DNA of 32,000 bases from Pseudomonadota bacterium (GTDB lineage Bacteria > Pseudomonadota > Gammaproteobacteria > Burkholderiales > Thiobacillaceae). The stretch is from positions 63,718 through 95,717 of the forward strand of contig JAJZPR010000010.1 of the NCBI GenBank assembly GCA_021847835.1, written 5' to 3'. The position numbers were made by a program, and so were the translations under genes. The notes beneath the pieces are model-generated. The model was not told where the DNA came from and searched no databases. It worked only from the letters and a program-made list of their open reading frames with translations. This document shows positions 8,797 through 17,039 of this stretch, in pieces (within the stretch, counting starts at the first letter, position 1; every line of letters starts with the position of its first letter).

Positions 8797-10065
8797 ATGG
8801 CACACATCGTTATTCTGGGCGCGGGCATCGGCGGCATGACCATGGCCTACGAGATGCGCGAAAACGCCCGCTCGCAGGACAAGGTAACCGTCATTTCCAA
8901 CCTTCCCTACTTCCAGTTCACCCCGTCGAATCCCTGGGTGGCGGTCAACTGGCGCAGCCAGCCCGACATCACCCTGCCGGCGGGGTACTATCTCAACAAG
9001 AAGGGCATTGATTTCATCCCGGTCGGCGCCAAGCGCGTGCACCCCGAAAAAAACCAGATCGAACTGACCGACGGCCGCACGGTGGACTACGATTTCCTGG
9101 TCATCGCCACCGGCCCCAAACTGGCTTTCGACGAAGTGGAGGGCCTGGGCCCGGAAGGACATACCCATTCGATCTGCCAGGTGGAACATGCGGTCAAGGC
9201 CGGCAAAGCCTGGGACGAGTTCGTCAAGGACCCGGGGCACATCGTGGTCGGCGCGGTGCAGGGCGCATCCTGCTACGGCCCGGCCTACGAGTTCGCCATG
9301 ATCATGGACACCGATCTCAAGCGCCGGAAAATCCGCGACAAGGTGCCGATGACCTTCGTTACCGCCGAACCCTACATCGGCCATCTCGGCCTGGGCGGGG
9401 TGGGCGATTCCAAAGGGCTGCTGGAATCGGCCATGCGCGATCGCCACATCAAGTGGATCTGCAACGCCAAGGTGACGAAAGTCGAAGCCGGCAAGATGTT
9501 CGTCGCCGAGCACAACGACAAGGGCGAGGTCATCAAGGAACACGTGCTGGACTTCAAGTACTCCATGATGCTGCCCGCGTTCAAGGGCATCGACGCGGTG
9601 TTCGGCATCGAGGGACTGACCAATCCGCGCGGCTTCATCAGCATCGACCCCTACCAGCGCAATCCCAAGTTCCGGAACATATTTTCCGTCGGCGTCTGCG
9701 TCGCCATCCCGCCGGTCGAAGCCACGCCCGTGCCCACCGGCACGCCCAAGACCGGCTACATGATCGAATCCATGGTGACCGCGACCGCGCACAATATTCG
9801 CGCCATGCTCGACGGCAGGGAACCGGCGGAAAAGGCCACCTGGAATGCGGTCTGCCTGGCCGATTTCGGCGATGGCGGCGCGGCGTTCGTGGCGTTGCCG
9901 CAGATCCCCCCGCGCAACGTCAACTGGTTCAAGGAAGGCAAGTGGGTGCACCTGGCCAAGGTGGCCTTCGAGAAATACTTCATGCGCAAGATGAAGAAAG
10001 GCAGCACCGAGCCGCTGTACGAAAAGTACGTGTTGAGCCTGATGGGGGTGAAAAAGCTCAAATAA
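8797..10065 (+). CDS. sqr: Sulfide:quinone oxidoreductase, type I
   Basis: MAHIVILGAGIGGM (FAD GxGxxG); near-colinear with my recollection of Acidithiobacillus-type SQR. All three conserved Cys contexts are present (HSICQVEH, GASCYGPAYEF, GVCVAIPP), plus the C-terminal WVHLAKVAFEKYF. The start is at 8797, preceded by GGAGA at 8783-8787. Confidence 0.9.
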   Translation: MAHIVILGAGIGGMTMAYEMRENARSQDKVTVISNLPYFQFTPSNPWVAVNWRSQPDITLPAGYYLNKKGIDFIPVGAKRVHPEKNQIELTDGRTVDYDFLVIATGPKLAFDEVEGLGPEGHTHSICQVEHAVKAGKAWDEFVKDPGHIVVGAVQGASCYGPAYEFAMIMDTDLKRRKIRDKVPMTFVTAEPYIGHLGLGGVGDSKGLLESAMRDRHIKWICNAKVTKVEAGKMFVAEHNDKGEVIKEHVLDFKYSMMLPAFKGIDAVFGIEGLTNPRGFISIDPYQRNPKFRNIFSVGVCVAIPPVEATPVPTGTPKTGYMIESMVTATAHNIRAMLDGREPAEKATWNAVCLADFGDGGAAFVALPQIPPRNVNWFKEGKWVHLAKVAFEKYFMRKMKKGSTEPLYEKYVLSLMGVKKLK

Positions 10066-10083
10066 GCCCCCTCGCAACAGGGT

Positions 10084-10111
10084 AAAAACGGCGCCCGCAG
10101 GCGCCGTTTTT
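10084..10111 (+). terminator. Rho-independent terminator after sqr
   Basis: AAAAACGGCGCC-CGCA-GGCGCCGTTTTT, a perfect stem (10088-10095 / 10100-10107) with a T-run. Confidence 0.85.
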
Positions 10112-10205
10112 ATTTGCCGGTTTCCCTTCGGCGCGCAATTGGGCGAAAATTCATATTTCGGCCGGGCATCGGTGTCCGGGCAAGTTTTCAGGAGATGCAG
10201 CCGCC

Positions 10206-10222
10206 ATGCTGCTCATGATCGA
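10206..10222 (+). repeat. attL core (native first 17 nt of trpG)
   Basis: ATGCTGCTCATGATCGA. It is preceded by the native SD AGGAGA (10190-10195) and differs from the other two cores only at position 9 (C versus A, a synonymous Leu change). Confidence 0.85.
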
Positions 10223-10274
10223 AAAGCATGATGCAAATCCGGCAACGTCCTTTCTGATCCGATACCCCATATAA
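10206..10274 (+). pseudogene. Orphaned native trpG start fused to element DNA (22-codon chimeric ORF MLLMIEKHDANPATSFLIRYPI)
   Basis: The native RBS and ATG are followed by 17 nt of trpG and then element sequence, with a stop at 10272-10274. Confidence 0.6.
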
Positions 10275-10341
10275 AACCTAGTGTTTACGCGGAATAGAAG
10301 GCCGTAAACAACCGGCATCATCCGTTGCCATCCGGGAAAAA

Positions 10342-10381
10342 TGGGGGTATCTTTGGGGGTATCAATAGCCCGGTACCCCCA
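10342..10381. repeat. Arm-type repeats TGGGGGTA(T/C)C x3 (two direct, one inverted) abutting the int start
   Basis: Copies at 10342-10351 and 10355-10364, plus an inverted copy GGTACCCCCA at 10372-10381. The same motif recurs at the other end of the element. Confidence 0.6.
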
Positions 10382-10383
10382 TC

Positions 10384-11664
10384 ATGGCACTGACCGACGC
10401 GAGCATCCGCAACAAGAAACCCACAGAGAAGCAATACAAGGTTTCCGATGCTGGCGGGCTGTATCTGCTGGTAAAGCCGAGCGGCGCGAAGCTGTGGCGC
10501 TTGAAGTACCGCATAGATGGCAAGGAAAACGTTTTTGCCATCGGCGAGTATTGCGAAGCCCCGAGGGCTGAGACAGCCGCCGACGCCACCATCCGAAAAG
10601 CATCCGGGCGCTACACCTTGGCCGAAGCCCGGCAGGAACGCGAGCGCTGCAAAGGGCTAATCAGGCACGGCATACACCCGGCGCATAACCGGAAGGCCGA
10701 CGCGGCAAAACGATCCGCCGAAAACGCCAATACCTTCGAGGCCGTTGCGCGGGAATGGATAGCCAAGAAAACGCCCGGATGGACGGCGTACTACCTGCGG
10801 CAAGTCGAGCGATTCCTAGAGGCTGACGTTTTTCCCTATATCGGCAGCCTGCCGATTCGCAACGTGACGGCGGCGCACCTGCTGGAAATCGTGCGGCGTA
10901 TTGAGGGGCGCGGCGCTGCATCCGTGGCCTTGCTGGTGCGGCAATGGGCTTCGGCGATATTCCGCTATGCCGTGGCGACCTTGCGGGCGGATACCGATCC
11001 AGCATCGGCGTTGAAGGGCGCGATTCACCGGCCAAAGATTGAGCATCACAAGCCGCTATCCCGCGACCAAGTGGGCGACTTCGTGAAAGCGCTTGATTCC
11101 TATGGCGGGTATCGGACTACGGTAATCGCCCTGCGCCTGATGCTGCTGACCTTCGTTCGCACCGTGGAGCTGCGGGGAGCGCACTGGACGGAAATCGACC
11201 TTGACCGGGCGGAATGGCGCATCCCCGCTGAGCGCATGAAGATGCGGGAGCCGCACATTGTCCCCTTGTCCCGGCAAGCCGTGGAACTGCTGACGGAACT
11301 GAAAACGCACACCGGCGGGCGTAGTTTTCTGTTCCCCAACTACCGCAACCCGCAAACCTGCATGACGGCAACGACGTTGAATCGAGCGCTGGAACGCATG
11401 GGCTTCAACGGCAAAGACAGCATCGGCTTTTCGGCGCACGGATTCCGGGCAACGGCTTCAACCATGCTGAACGAATTGAGTTTTCGTTCCGAAGTGATCG
11501 AGCGCCAGCTAGCCCATGCCGAACGAAACAAGGTGCGGGCCACCTACAACCAAGGCGAATACATGGAAGAGCGGCGGGCCATGATGCAGCAATGGGCAAA
11601 CCTGACCGACGAAATGGCGAAGAGCGAAAACAAGGTGACACCGATTAAGCAGGCGGCGGCATAA
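10384..11664 (+). CDS. int: Tyrosine integrase, P4-like (N-terminal DUF4102 arm-binding domain)
   Basis: MALTDASIRNKKPTEKQYKVSDAGGLYLLVKPSGAKLWRLKYR is the classic P4-integrase N-terminus. The catalytic region has RTVELRGAHW, HGFRATAST and RATYNQGEY. Confidence 0.92.
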   Translation: MALTDASIRNKKPTEKQYKVSDAGGLYLLVKPSGAKLWRLKYRIDGKENVFAIGEYCEAPRAETAADATIRKASGRYTLAEARQERERCKGLIRHGIHPAHNRKADAAKRSAENANTFEAVAREWIAKKTPGWTAYYLRQVERFLEADVFPYIGSLPIRNVTAAHLLEIVRRIEGRGAASVALLVRQWASAIFRYAVATLRADTDPASALKGAIHRPKIEHHKPLSRDQVGDFVKALDSYGGYRTTVIALRLMLLTFVRTVELRGAHWTEIDLDRAEWRIPAERMKMREPHIVPLSRQAVELLTELKTHTGGRSFLFPNYRNPQTCMTATTLNRALERMGFNGKDSIGFSAHGFRATASTMLNELSFRSEVIERQLAHAERNKVRATYNQGEYMEERRAMMQQWANLTDEMAKSENKVTPIKQAAA

Positions 11665-11757
11665 AGGTTTGCCGCGCCTAGCCCGACGGGGCGAAAACCG
11701 GGACACCCTTGCCCGGCTGGCGTGGCACCCAATCAAGGGCGGCGCGAAAGGGGCGCG

Positions 11758-12717
11758 ATGAATATGGCAAAGGCCTACTCCTGGGGTGATCTGTCCTCAC
11801 AGGATTTAATCCAGCTTCTCGACTTGGTATCCGAGGAAAGGCTAAATGAGGTCTTTTATCCTGTATCAGAGACAAAGCCTGGTATGGGCCTATTCGGCGG
11901 CTGGAAGAATCATAGTTCGCATCCACTGCATCCCGACTATATCCAACCAGTCACTTGGGTTAACGAAGGTCGTGGCCTCCTCGAATTGATGGTGATTGAT
12001 CATGTGGCCGAACGCGAAAGACAAGCTGAACGCGAGAGACAAACCGAACGCGAAAAACAAGCTGAACGCGAGTTACAGGCCGAGCGTGTCAGCAAGCATT
12101 GGCAAGTGATCAAGACGAACAATGCTTTTCAGCTACTGGAGTCCGATGCGAATTTCAAGAAGGCTCATGCTGTCTTTGAGCAGAAGCAGAGAGCTGCGGT
12201 AGATGGCGACCTATACGCACATCCGTTTGCAGAATTTCGTTTTATTGATTCGGTTTCTTCAACTGCCGGATGGTTCCTTCTAACCGACGGCAAGGCTTTC
12301 AACTGGCCGATCCCTGACAAGAAGGCGATAGGCAAGGCGCGCGGCCATGCGTGGGCGATGCTGGATACCTTTGACAAGGATGGCGTCAAACTGCCCGGCT
12401 ATCAGAAACAATTTAGCCTCAAAGCCTTGCTTTCTGAATTGGCCGATCAACTCGATGTGCAATACAAATCAGGTCGCGCTGCATGGGGTGGAAAAAATCG
12501 GCCCTATCGGGTTTTAGTTCAGACCTTGGCTAATGCTTTGCGGCGGCATTTTGGTGAAGTGTCCCCTGAAATCGTGCTGTCGTTGGCTGCGATGGTTAGC
12601 TGCCCATTTACAGAAAAGACGATCAATAACCAGTTGAATGATTCAAAGGAAAAACATCGCCAAGCCTTAGCGAGAGCCTTATTAAGCCAAGGAAAAAATT
12701 CATCCAAATTCGGCTGA
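11758..12717 (+). CDS. Hypothetical protein, 319 aa, with an ERERQAERERQTEREKQAERELQAER charged repeat (element cargo)
   Basis: Long ORF with coding-like, non-shadow composition. GAAAGGGG lies 5-12 nt upstream of ATG 11758. The region is visibly more AT-rich than the neighbouring genes. No family recognised. Confidence 0.65.
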   Translation: MNMAKAYSWGDLSSQDLIQLLDLVSEERLNEVFYPVSETKPGMGLFGGWKNHSSHPLHPDYIQPVTWVNEGRGLLELMVIDHVAERERQAERERQTEREKQAERELQAERVSKHWQVIKTNNAFQLLESDANFKKAHAVFEQKQRAAVDGDLYAHPFAEFRFIDSVSSTAGWFLLTDGKAFNWPIPDKKAIGKARGHAWAMLDTFDKDGVKLPGYQKQFSLKALLSELADQLDVQYKSGRAAWGGKNRPYRVLVQTLANALRRHFGEVSPEIVLSLAAMVSCPFTEKTINNQLNDSKEKHRQALARALLSQGKNSSKFG

Positions 12718-12796
12718 TTTTTTACTTATAGCTGGTTCAATACCAGAAGGATGATGCATCTACCGGCCAGCAACGGCCATTTATGGATCATCCCGA

Positions 12797-13012
12797 ATGA
12801 AACAACTTCCCGAGACCGGTTTCCTGAGATTGCGCCAAATTATCGGCGACCCAAAAGCGGAACCGCCGATCCCCGCGATCATCCCCGTAAAAAAATCCTG
12901 CTGGTGGGAGGGCTGCCGATCCGGTCGTTTCCCCAAGCCTGTGAAACTCGGGCCGCGTGTGACGGCGTGGCCTGTTGAATCCATCCGCGCCCTAGTCGAG
13001 TCTTTGAAATAA
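12797..13012 (+). CDS. alpA: AlpA-family transcriptional regulator / excisionase
   Basis: 71 aa; the FLRLRQI...GRFPKPVKLGPRVTAWPVESIRALV pattern matches AlpA/Xis (FPKPVKLGPR..W). Its position between int and the primase is typical. Confidence 0.8.
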   Translation: MKQLPETGFLRLRQIIGDPKAEPPIPAIIPVKKSCWWEGCRSGRFPKPVKLGPRVTAWPVESIRALVESLK

Positions 13013-13023
13013 GGGGCGCGACC

Positions 13024-13266
13024 ATGACCACAAAAACAACGGGCCGCGCTGGCTGGCACCAGGCGACCCAAGAAACTACACACAAGCAAGATATTACCGC
13101 ACCGACGCGCCAGATAGCCATGCTGTCAGCGCTCAAGCGGCGCATTTGGCTGTTGGGCTATGAGCTTGAAGAGGCCCGCCAGCTTCATGCTGCCCGTGGG
13201 CATTTCTGGAAAGAGGCCGGGGCGTGCATCGCTTTGGCGTTTCTGCGGTTTGGGAGGCTGGTATGA
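13024..13266 (+). CDS. Hypothetical small protein (80 aa)
   Basis: Its stop overlaps the primase start in an ATGA arrangement at 13263-13266, consistent with translational coupling. No family recognised. Confidence 0.5.
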   Translation: MTTKTTGRAGWHQATQETTHKQDITAPTRQIAMLSALKRRIWLLGYELEEARQLHAARGHFWKEAGACIALAFLRFGRLV

Positions 13267-15812
13267 GCAACCGCATCCGTGAAGCGCTGCAATTCATCCC
13301 CGCCGTTGACCGCGAAACCTGGGTGAAGATGGGTATGGCCGTTAAATCCGAGCTTGGGGACGCTGGCTTTGGCTTGTGGGAAGGCTGGAGCCAGCAAGCC
13401 GACACCTTCAACGCCAAAGATGCGCGGGACGTGTGGAAGAGCATCCGCATCAATGGCAAGGTGACGGCGGGGACGCTGTTCCATGAGGCCAAGGCGAACG
13501 GCTGGCGCGACGATGGAACGCACCAGAGGCCGACGCCCGAAGAGCTTGCGGAGCGCCAACGCATCGAGAAATACGCGCGCGCGCGCGAGGAAGCCCGGAC
13601 AGCTTCGGAACGTGTCGAGGCCGCGAAGAAGTCGGCGGCTGTCTGGAAGGCGGCAGCGGAAGCGAAACCCGATCATCCCTATCTTGTCCGCAAGCGCGTT
13701 TCGCCGGTAGCAACCCTGCGCGAGATTGACGCGGGCGCTGCGGCTGCGATCCTGGGCTATGCGCCGAAGTCGAGCGGCGAACCTTTGGCCGGGCGCTTGC
13801 TGGTGGCACCCGTCAAAGTCGGGGACGGGCTTTCGACGCTGGAACTGATCGACCCGGGCGGGCGCAAATCCGCTGTCTATGGCGGCGCGAAGGCGGGCGG
13901 ATATTGGGCGGCGCAACCGCTACACGATGGCGACGGGCTGACCCTGCTTATCGGCGAAGGCGTGGCGACCGTGCTAACGGCGAAGGAATCCAGCGGACAC
14001 CCGACAATCGCGGCGCTGTCGGCTGGCAATCTGCCAGCTGTGGCGAAGGCGATGCGCGAACGCTACCCGTCGGCGGCGCTGGTGATTCTGGCCGATCTGG
14101 TGAAGGCGACCGGCGCACCCGATCCCCATGCAGTCGAGGCGGCGCAATCTGTCGGCGGAAAGCTGGCTATTCCTGACTTCGGTAATAAAGAACGGCCAAA
14201 TAATGCGACCGACTTTAACGACCTGGCGGCGCTATGCGGGACGGAAGCCGTAGGACGCGCCATAGCGAACGCAAGCGAACCGGATAAGGCTTTGCCTCAA
14301 ACCGACCAAGAAAACGCAACAGCGCCAATCCTGACCGGGCAGGTTTGGCCGGAGTCGCAACCGTTGACCGCGAAGGTGGCACCAGAGCCTTACCCAATCG
14401 ACGCGCTACCCAAAACCATCCGGGCGGCGGTGGAAGAGGTGGCGGGCTTCGTCAAGGCACCTTTGCCAATGGTGGCATCGTCGGCACTGGCCGCGCTTTC
14501 GTTGGCAACCCAAGCTCATATCGACGTGAAGCGGGCGGAACGGCTGCAAGGGCCAGTCGGGTTATTCCTGCTGACCATCGCCGATTCGGGCGAGCGGAAA
14601 TCAACCTGCGACGGCTTCTTTACGTCGGCAATCCGCCAGTATCAGGAAGAGCAAGCCGAGGCGATGAAACCGGCAATCAAGGAATATCAAGCCGAGATTG
14701 CCGCATGGGAAGCCGAGCGCGACGGGATATTGTCGGCGATAAAGTGCGCGGCTAAATCAGGCAAGGCGACCAACAATCTGCGGGTCGATCTTGCCGACCT
14801 TCAACGCGACAAGCCGGAAGCGCCGAGAGTGCCGAGGCTGCTGCTGGGCGACGAAACCCCTGAGAACCTTGCGTGGGGGCTTGCCAAGAATTGGCCGTCG
14901 GCGGGCGTGGTATCTGCCGAGGCCGGGATTGTTTTCGGGGCGCACGGCATGAGCAAGGATTCGGTTATGCGGAATCTTGGCCTGTTGAATGTCCTATGGG
15001 ATGGCGGTTCGCATTCCGTCGGGCGGCGGACTTCGGAATCCTTCACAGTCAAAGGGGCGCGGCTGACCGTGGCTTTGCAGATTCAGGAAATGACCCTGCG
15101 GAGTTTCTTCGACCGATCCGGCGGGCTGGCGCGTGGGACGGGCTTCCTTGCCCGGTTTCTGGTGGCGTGGCCTAAATCGACGCAAGGCTTTCGCCCCTTC
15201 ACCGAAGCCCCGCCGAACTGGCCGCACTTGGCCGCATTCCATCAACGCATCGCGGCGATTCTGGCGAACCCGGTTCCTATTGATGATGACGGGGCGCTAT
15301 CCCCCGCATTGATGATGCTGGCACCGGAAGCAAAGGCGGCATGGGTAGCCTTCCACGATGCAATCGAGAGCGAACTAGCCAGCGGTGGCGAGCTATACGA
15401 CGTGCGGGACGTGGCGAGTAAATCCGCCGACAACGCGGCACGGCTGGGGGCGTTGTTCCAGATATTCGAGCACGGCATGGGCGGCGCTGTCGGGCTGGAA
15501 TGTTTCGAGTCGGCAAGCCGGATTGCGGCATGGCACCTGAACGAATCACGGCGATTCTTTGGTGAGCTTGCGCTACCTGCTGAACTGGCGGACGCGGCGC
15601 GGCTGGATAGCTGGCTGGTCGATTATTGCCAGCGAGAGCAAAGGCATTCCGTTAGCAAGAATCACGTCCGCCAGCATGGGCCATTGCGGGACGGGGCGCG
15701 ACTTGATGCGGCGATCCGCGAGCTTGCCGAGCTTGAACGGCTGCGGCTGCTGAAGGAAGGAAAGCGTCTGACCATCCAACTCAATCCGGCATTAGCAGGG
15801 GTGACAGCATGA
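13263..15812 (+). CDS. Primase/helicase-type replication protein (PriCT-2 N-domain, Toprim, DUF3987 C-domain)
   Basis: ALQFIPAVDRETWVKMGMAVKSELGDAGFGLWEGWSQQ (PriCT-2-like); LLIGEGVATVLT...ALVILADL...TDFNDL (Toprim); YPIDALP...LFLLTIADSGERKST... (DUF3987). The start was chosen at 13263, after GGGAGG. Confidence 0.88.
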   Translation: MSNRIREALQFIPAVDRETWVKMGMAVKSELGDAGFGLWEGWSQQADTFNAKDARDVWKSIRINGKVTAGTLFHEAKANGWRDDGTHQRPTPEELAERQRIEKYARAREEARTASERVEAAKKSAAVWKAAAEAKPDHPYLVRKRVSPVATLREIDAGAAAAILGYAPKSSGEPLAGRLLVAPVKVGDGLSTLELIDPGGRKSAVYGGAKAGGYWAAQPLHDGDGLTLLIGEGVATVLTAKESSGHPTIAALSAGNLPAVAKAMRERYPSAALVILADLVKATGAPDPHAVEAAQSVGGKLAIPDFGNKERPNNATDFNDLAALCGTEAVGRAIANASEPDKALPQTDQENATAPILTGQVWPESQPLTAKVAPEPYPIDALPKTIRAAVEEVAGFVKAPLPMVASSALAALSLATQAHIDVKRAERLQGPVGLFLLTIADSGERKSTCDGFFTSAIRQYQEEQAEAMKPAIKEYQAEIAAWEAERDGILSAIKCAAKSGKATNNLRVDLADLQRDKPEAPRVPRLLLGDETPENLAWGLAKNWPSAGVVSAEAGIVFGAHGMSKDSVMRNLGLLNVLWDGGSHSVGRRTSESFTVKGARLTVALQIQEMTLRSFFDRSGGLARGTGFLARFLVAWPKSTQGFRPFTEAPPNWPHLAAFHQRIAAILANPVPIDDDGALSPALMMLAPEAKAAWVAFHDAIESELASGGELYDVRDVASKSADNAARLGALFQIFEHGMGGAVGLECFESASRIAAWHLNESRRFFGELALPAELADAARLDSWLVDYCQREQRHSVSKNHVRQHGPLRDGARLDAAIRELAELERLRLLKEGKRLTIQLNPALAGVTA

Positions 15813-16357
15813 GCCTGCTATCGGCGCTGATCCAAAAACGTGAAACCCGGAAGGCTGCTACTGCTATTCCTGCTATTTCTGCTACTCAACCGAAGGAAGG
15901 GGCGGCAACAGTAGCAAGAATAGCAACAGTAGCAGTAGCAAACCCCACGGATGCAAAAACGACCGATGCTGTGACTTCGTGGGGCTGGCTGTTGCACTTC
16001 GCCGACCGTGAGCCGCTGGAAGTCTATTGCAACCCGGACGCGACCCATGCCGAGATACTGGAACGCTATCCCGATGCACTGGCAGCGGAGCCGATACCGG
16101 AGCGCACCAGGCGAACGCCGACCGAAGCCGAGGCGGCGGAACTGCGGGCGCTGGTGCAAACCATTGGCGAGGCTGAGCAATGGACGGCTGACGAAATCGA
16201 ATGGGCAACGGCTGGGGCGCTGGCCGATCCTGACGGGGCGCTGATCTGCTTTCAAGATATAGCGAGAGGCTTCAATGCAGCCGTTGAGAACAACGATAGA
16301 ACAGTGAAGAGAGTCCTGAAAACAGGCATCAATCAGGAGGCAAATAATGACTGGTAA
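15809..16357 (+). CDS. Hypothetical protein (182 aa)
   Basis: Its ATG overlaps the primase stop (ATGA at 15809-15812). The 5' part contains the iteron-like inverted array. No family recognised. Confidence 0.6.
   Translation: MSLLSALIQKRETRKAATAIPAISATQPKEGAATVARIATVAVANPTDAKTTDAVTSWGWLLHFADREPLEVYCNPDATHAEILERYPDALAAEPIPERTRRTPTEAEAAELRALVQTIGEAEQWTADEIEWATAGALADPDGALICFQDIARGFNAAVENNDRTVKRVLKTGINQEANNDW
15854..15940. repeat. Imperfect ~33-bp inverted repeat built from CTGCTA/TAGCAG pentamer-hexamer iterations (candidate ori)
   Basis: Left arm GCTGCTACTGCTATTCCTGCTATTTCTGCTACT (15854-15886); right arm AGTAGCAAGAATAGCAACAGTAGCAGTAGCA (15910-15940); a 23-nt spacer separates them. Confidence 0.6.
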
Positions 16358-17039
16358 CAGTACCCAAACAGATAAACGGGCGACCAAACCGAAGAAACCG
16401 GCGGCACCGAAAGCGGAGGCATTCCCGCGAAAAGCGATCCCCCTAAAATCAGGCCCGAGCGCCGACGAGAAAGGGCGGGTCTATGCGAGCCTCATAACCT
16501 CCCCCGAGCTTGCCGCGCATCGTGTCATAGGGATGATGCAGCCGAAGAACATTGCGGATGAAATCGACACCCCCACGATGCTGGAAACCCTGCGCGATCA
16601 AGCGGCGGCGGTACAGCGTGGCGACCTGTCCCATGCCGAAGCGATGCTGATAAATCAGGCGTCGGCGCTGCAAGCCCTGTTTGTGCGGCTTTCTGAAAGA
16701 GCCATGGAGCAAGCCCATATGCCTAACCTTGAAGGCTTCATGCGGATGGCACTGCGGGCGCAATCGCAATGCCGGGCGACTTTGGAAACGCTGGCAACGA
16801 TCAAGAATCCGCCGATTGTTTACGCGAAGCAGGCCAACTTTGCGGCGGGTCATCAGCAAGTCAACAACGGCACACCTGACCCTACGCGGGCGCGAGAAAT
16901 CGAAAACGAGCAATCCCAACTATCAGGGGGAAACCATGAGCTATTATCGGACGCCCGAGCATCGGGCGAAGCAAGCCGAACGAATCCGACGCTGGAAACC
17001 CTGGGAGAAATCGACCGGGCCGAAATCCGAAGAGGGTAA
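16347..17039 (+). CDS. Hypothetical protein (230 aa), Lys/Pro-rich N-terminus
   Basis: AGGAGG at 16334-16339 precedes ATG 16347, which overlaps the end of the upstream ORF. Composition is coding-like. Confidence 0.6.
   Translation: MTGNSTQTDKRATKPKKPAAPKAEAFPRKAIPLKSGPSADEKGRVYASLITSPELAAHRVIGMMQPKNIADEIDTPTMLETLRDQAAAVQRGDLSHAEAMLINQASALQALFVRLSERAMEQAHMPNLEGFMRMALRAQSQCRATLETLATIKNPPIVYAKQANFAAGHQQVNNGTPDPTRAREIENEQSQLSGGNHELLSDARASGEASRTNPTLETLGEIDRAEIRRG

Noticed and set aside
7577-10077. 345-aa plus-strand ORF (7577-8614) and 463-aa minus-strand ORF (8686-10077).
   Set aside because: They are antisense shadows of the sigma-54 regulator and sqr respectively.
10341-10603. 76-aa plus-strand ORF and the 73- and 76-aa minus-strand ORFs overlapping the int 5' end.
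   Set aside because: They are out-of-frame overlaps with a clear P4-type integrase N-terminus.
11722-11737. TGGCAC motif upstream of the 319-aa ORF, considered as a possible sigma-54 -24 element.
   Set aside because: There is no TTGC -12 element at the required 5-nt spacing (TGGCAC-CCAAT-CAAGG).
12751-12978. 75-aa ORF overlapping alpA in another frame.
   Set aside because: The alpA frame carries the FPKPVKLGPR..W signature, whereas this frame matches nothing.
13573-13586. (CG)7 alternating tract with Z-DNA potential.
   Set aside because: It is short and inside the primase coding frame (ARARE). There is no reason to assign it a function.
13185-16387. Minus-strand ORFs inside the element (243 aa at 13185-13916, 189 aa at 15818-16387, and their copy-2 twins).
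   Set aside because: They are antisense to the primase and the 182-aa ORF, have low-complexity basic composition and lack an RBS.
16681-16935. 5' extension of the 67-aa ORF to the 152-aa form given in the track.
   Set aside because: The extension lies entirely inside the 230-aa ORF, is Arg/Cys/Trp-rich, and has no RBS. The internal ATG at 16936 has a good SD.
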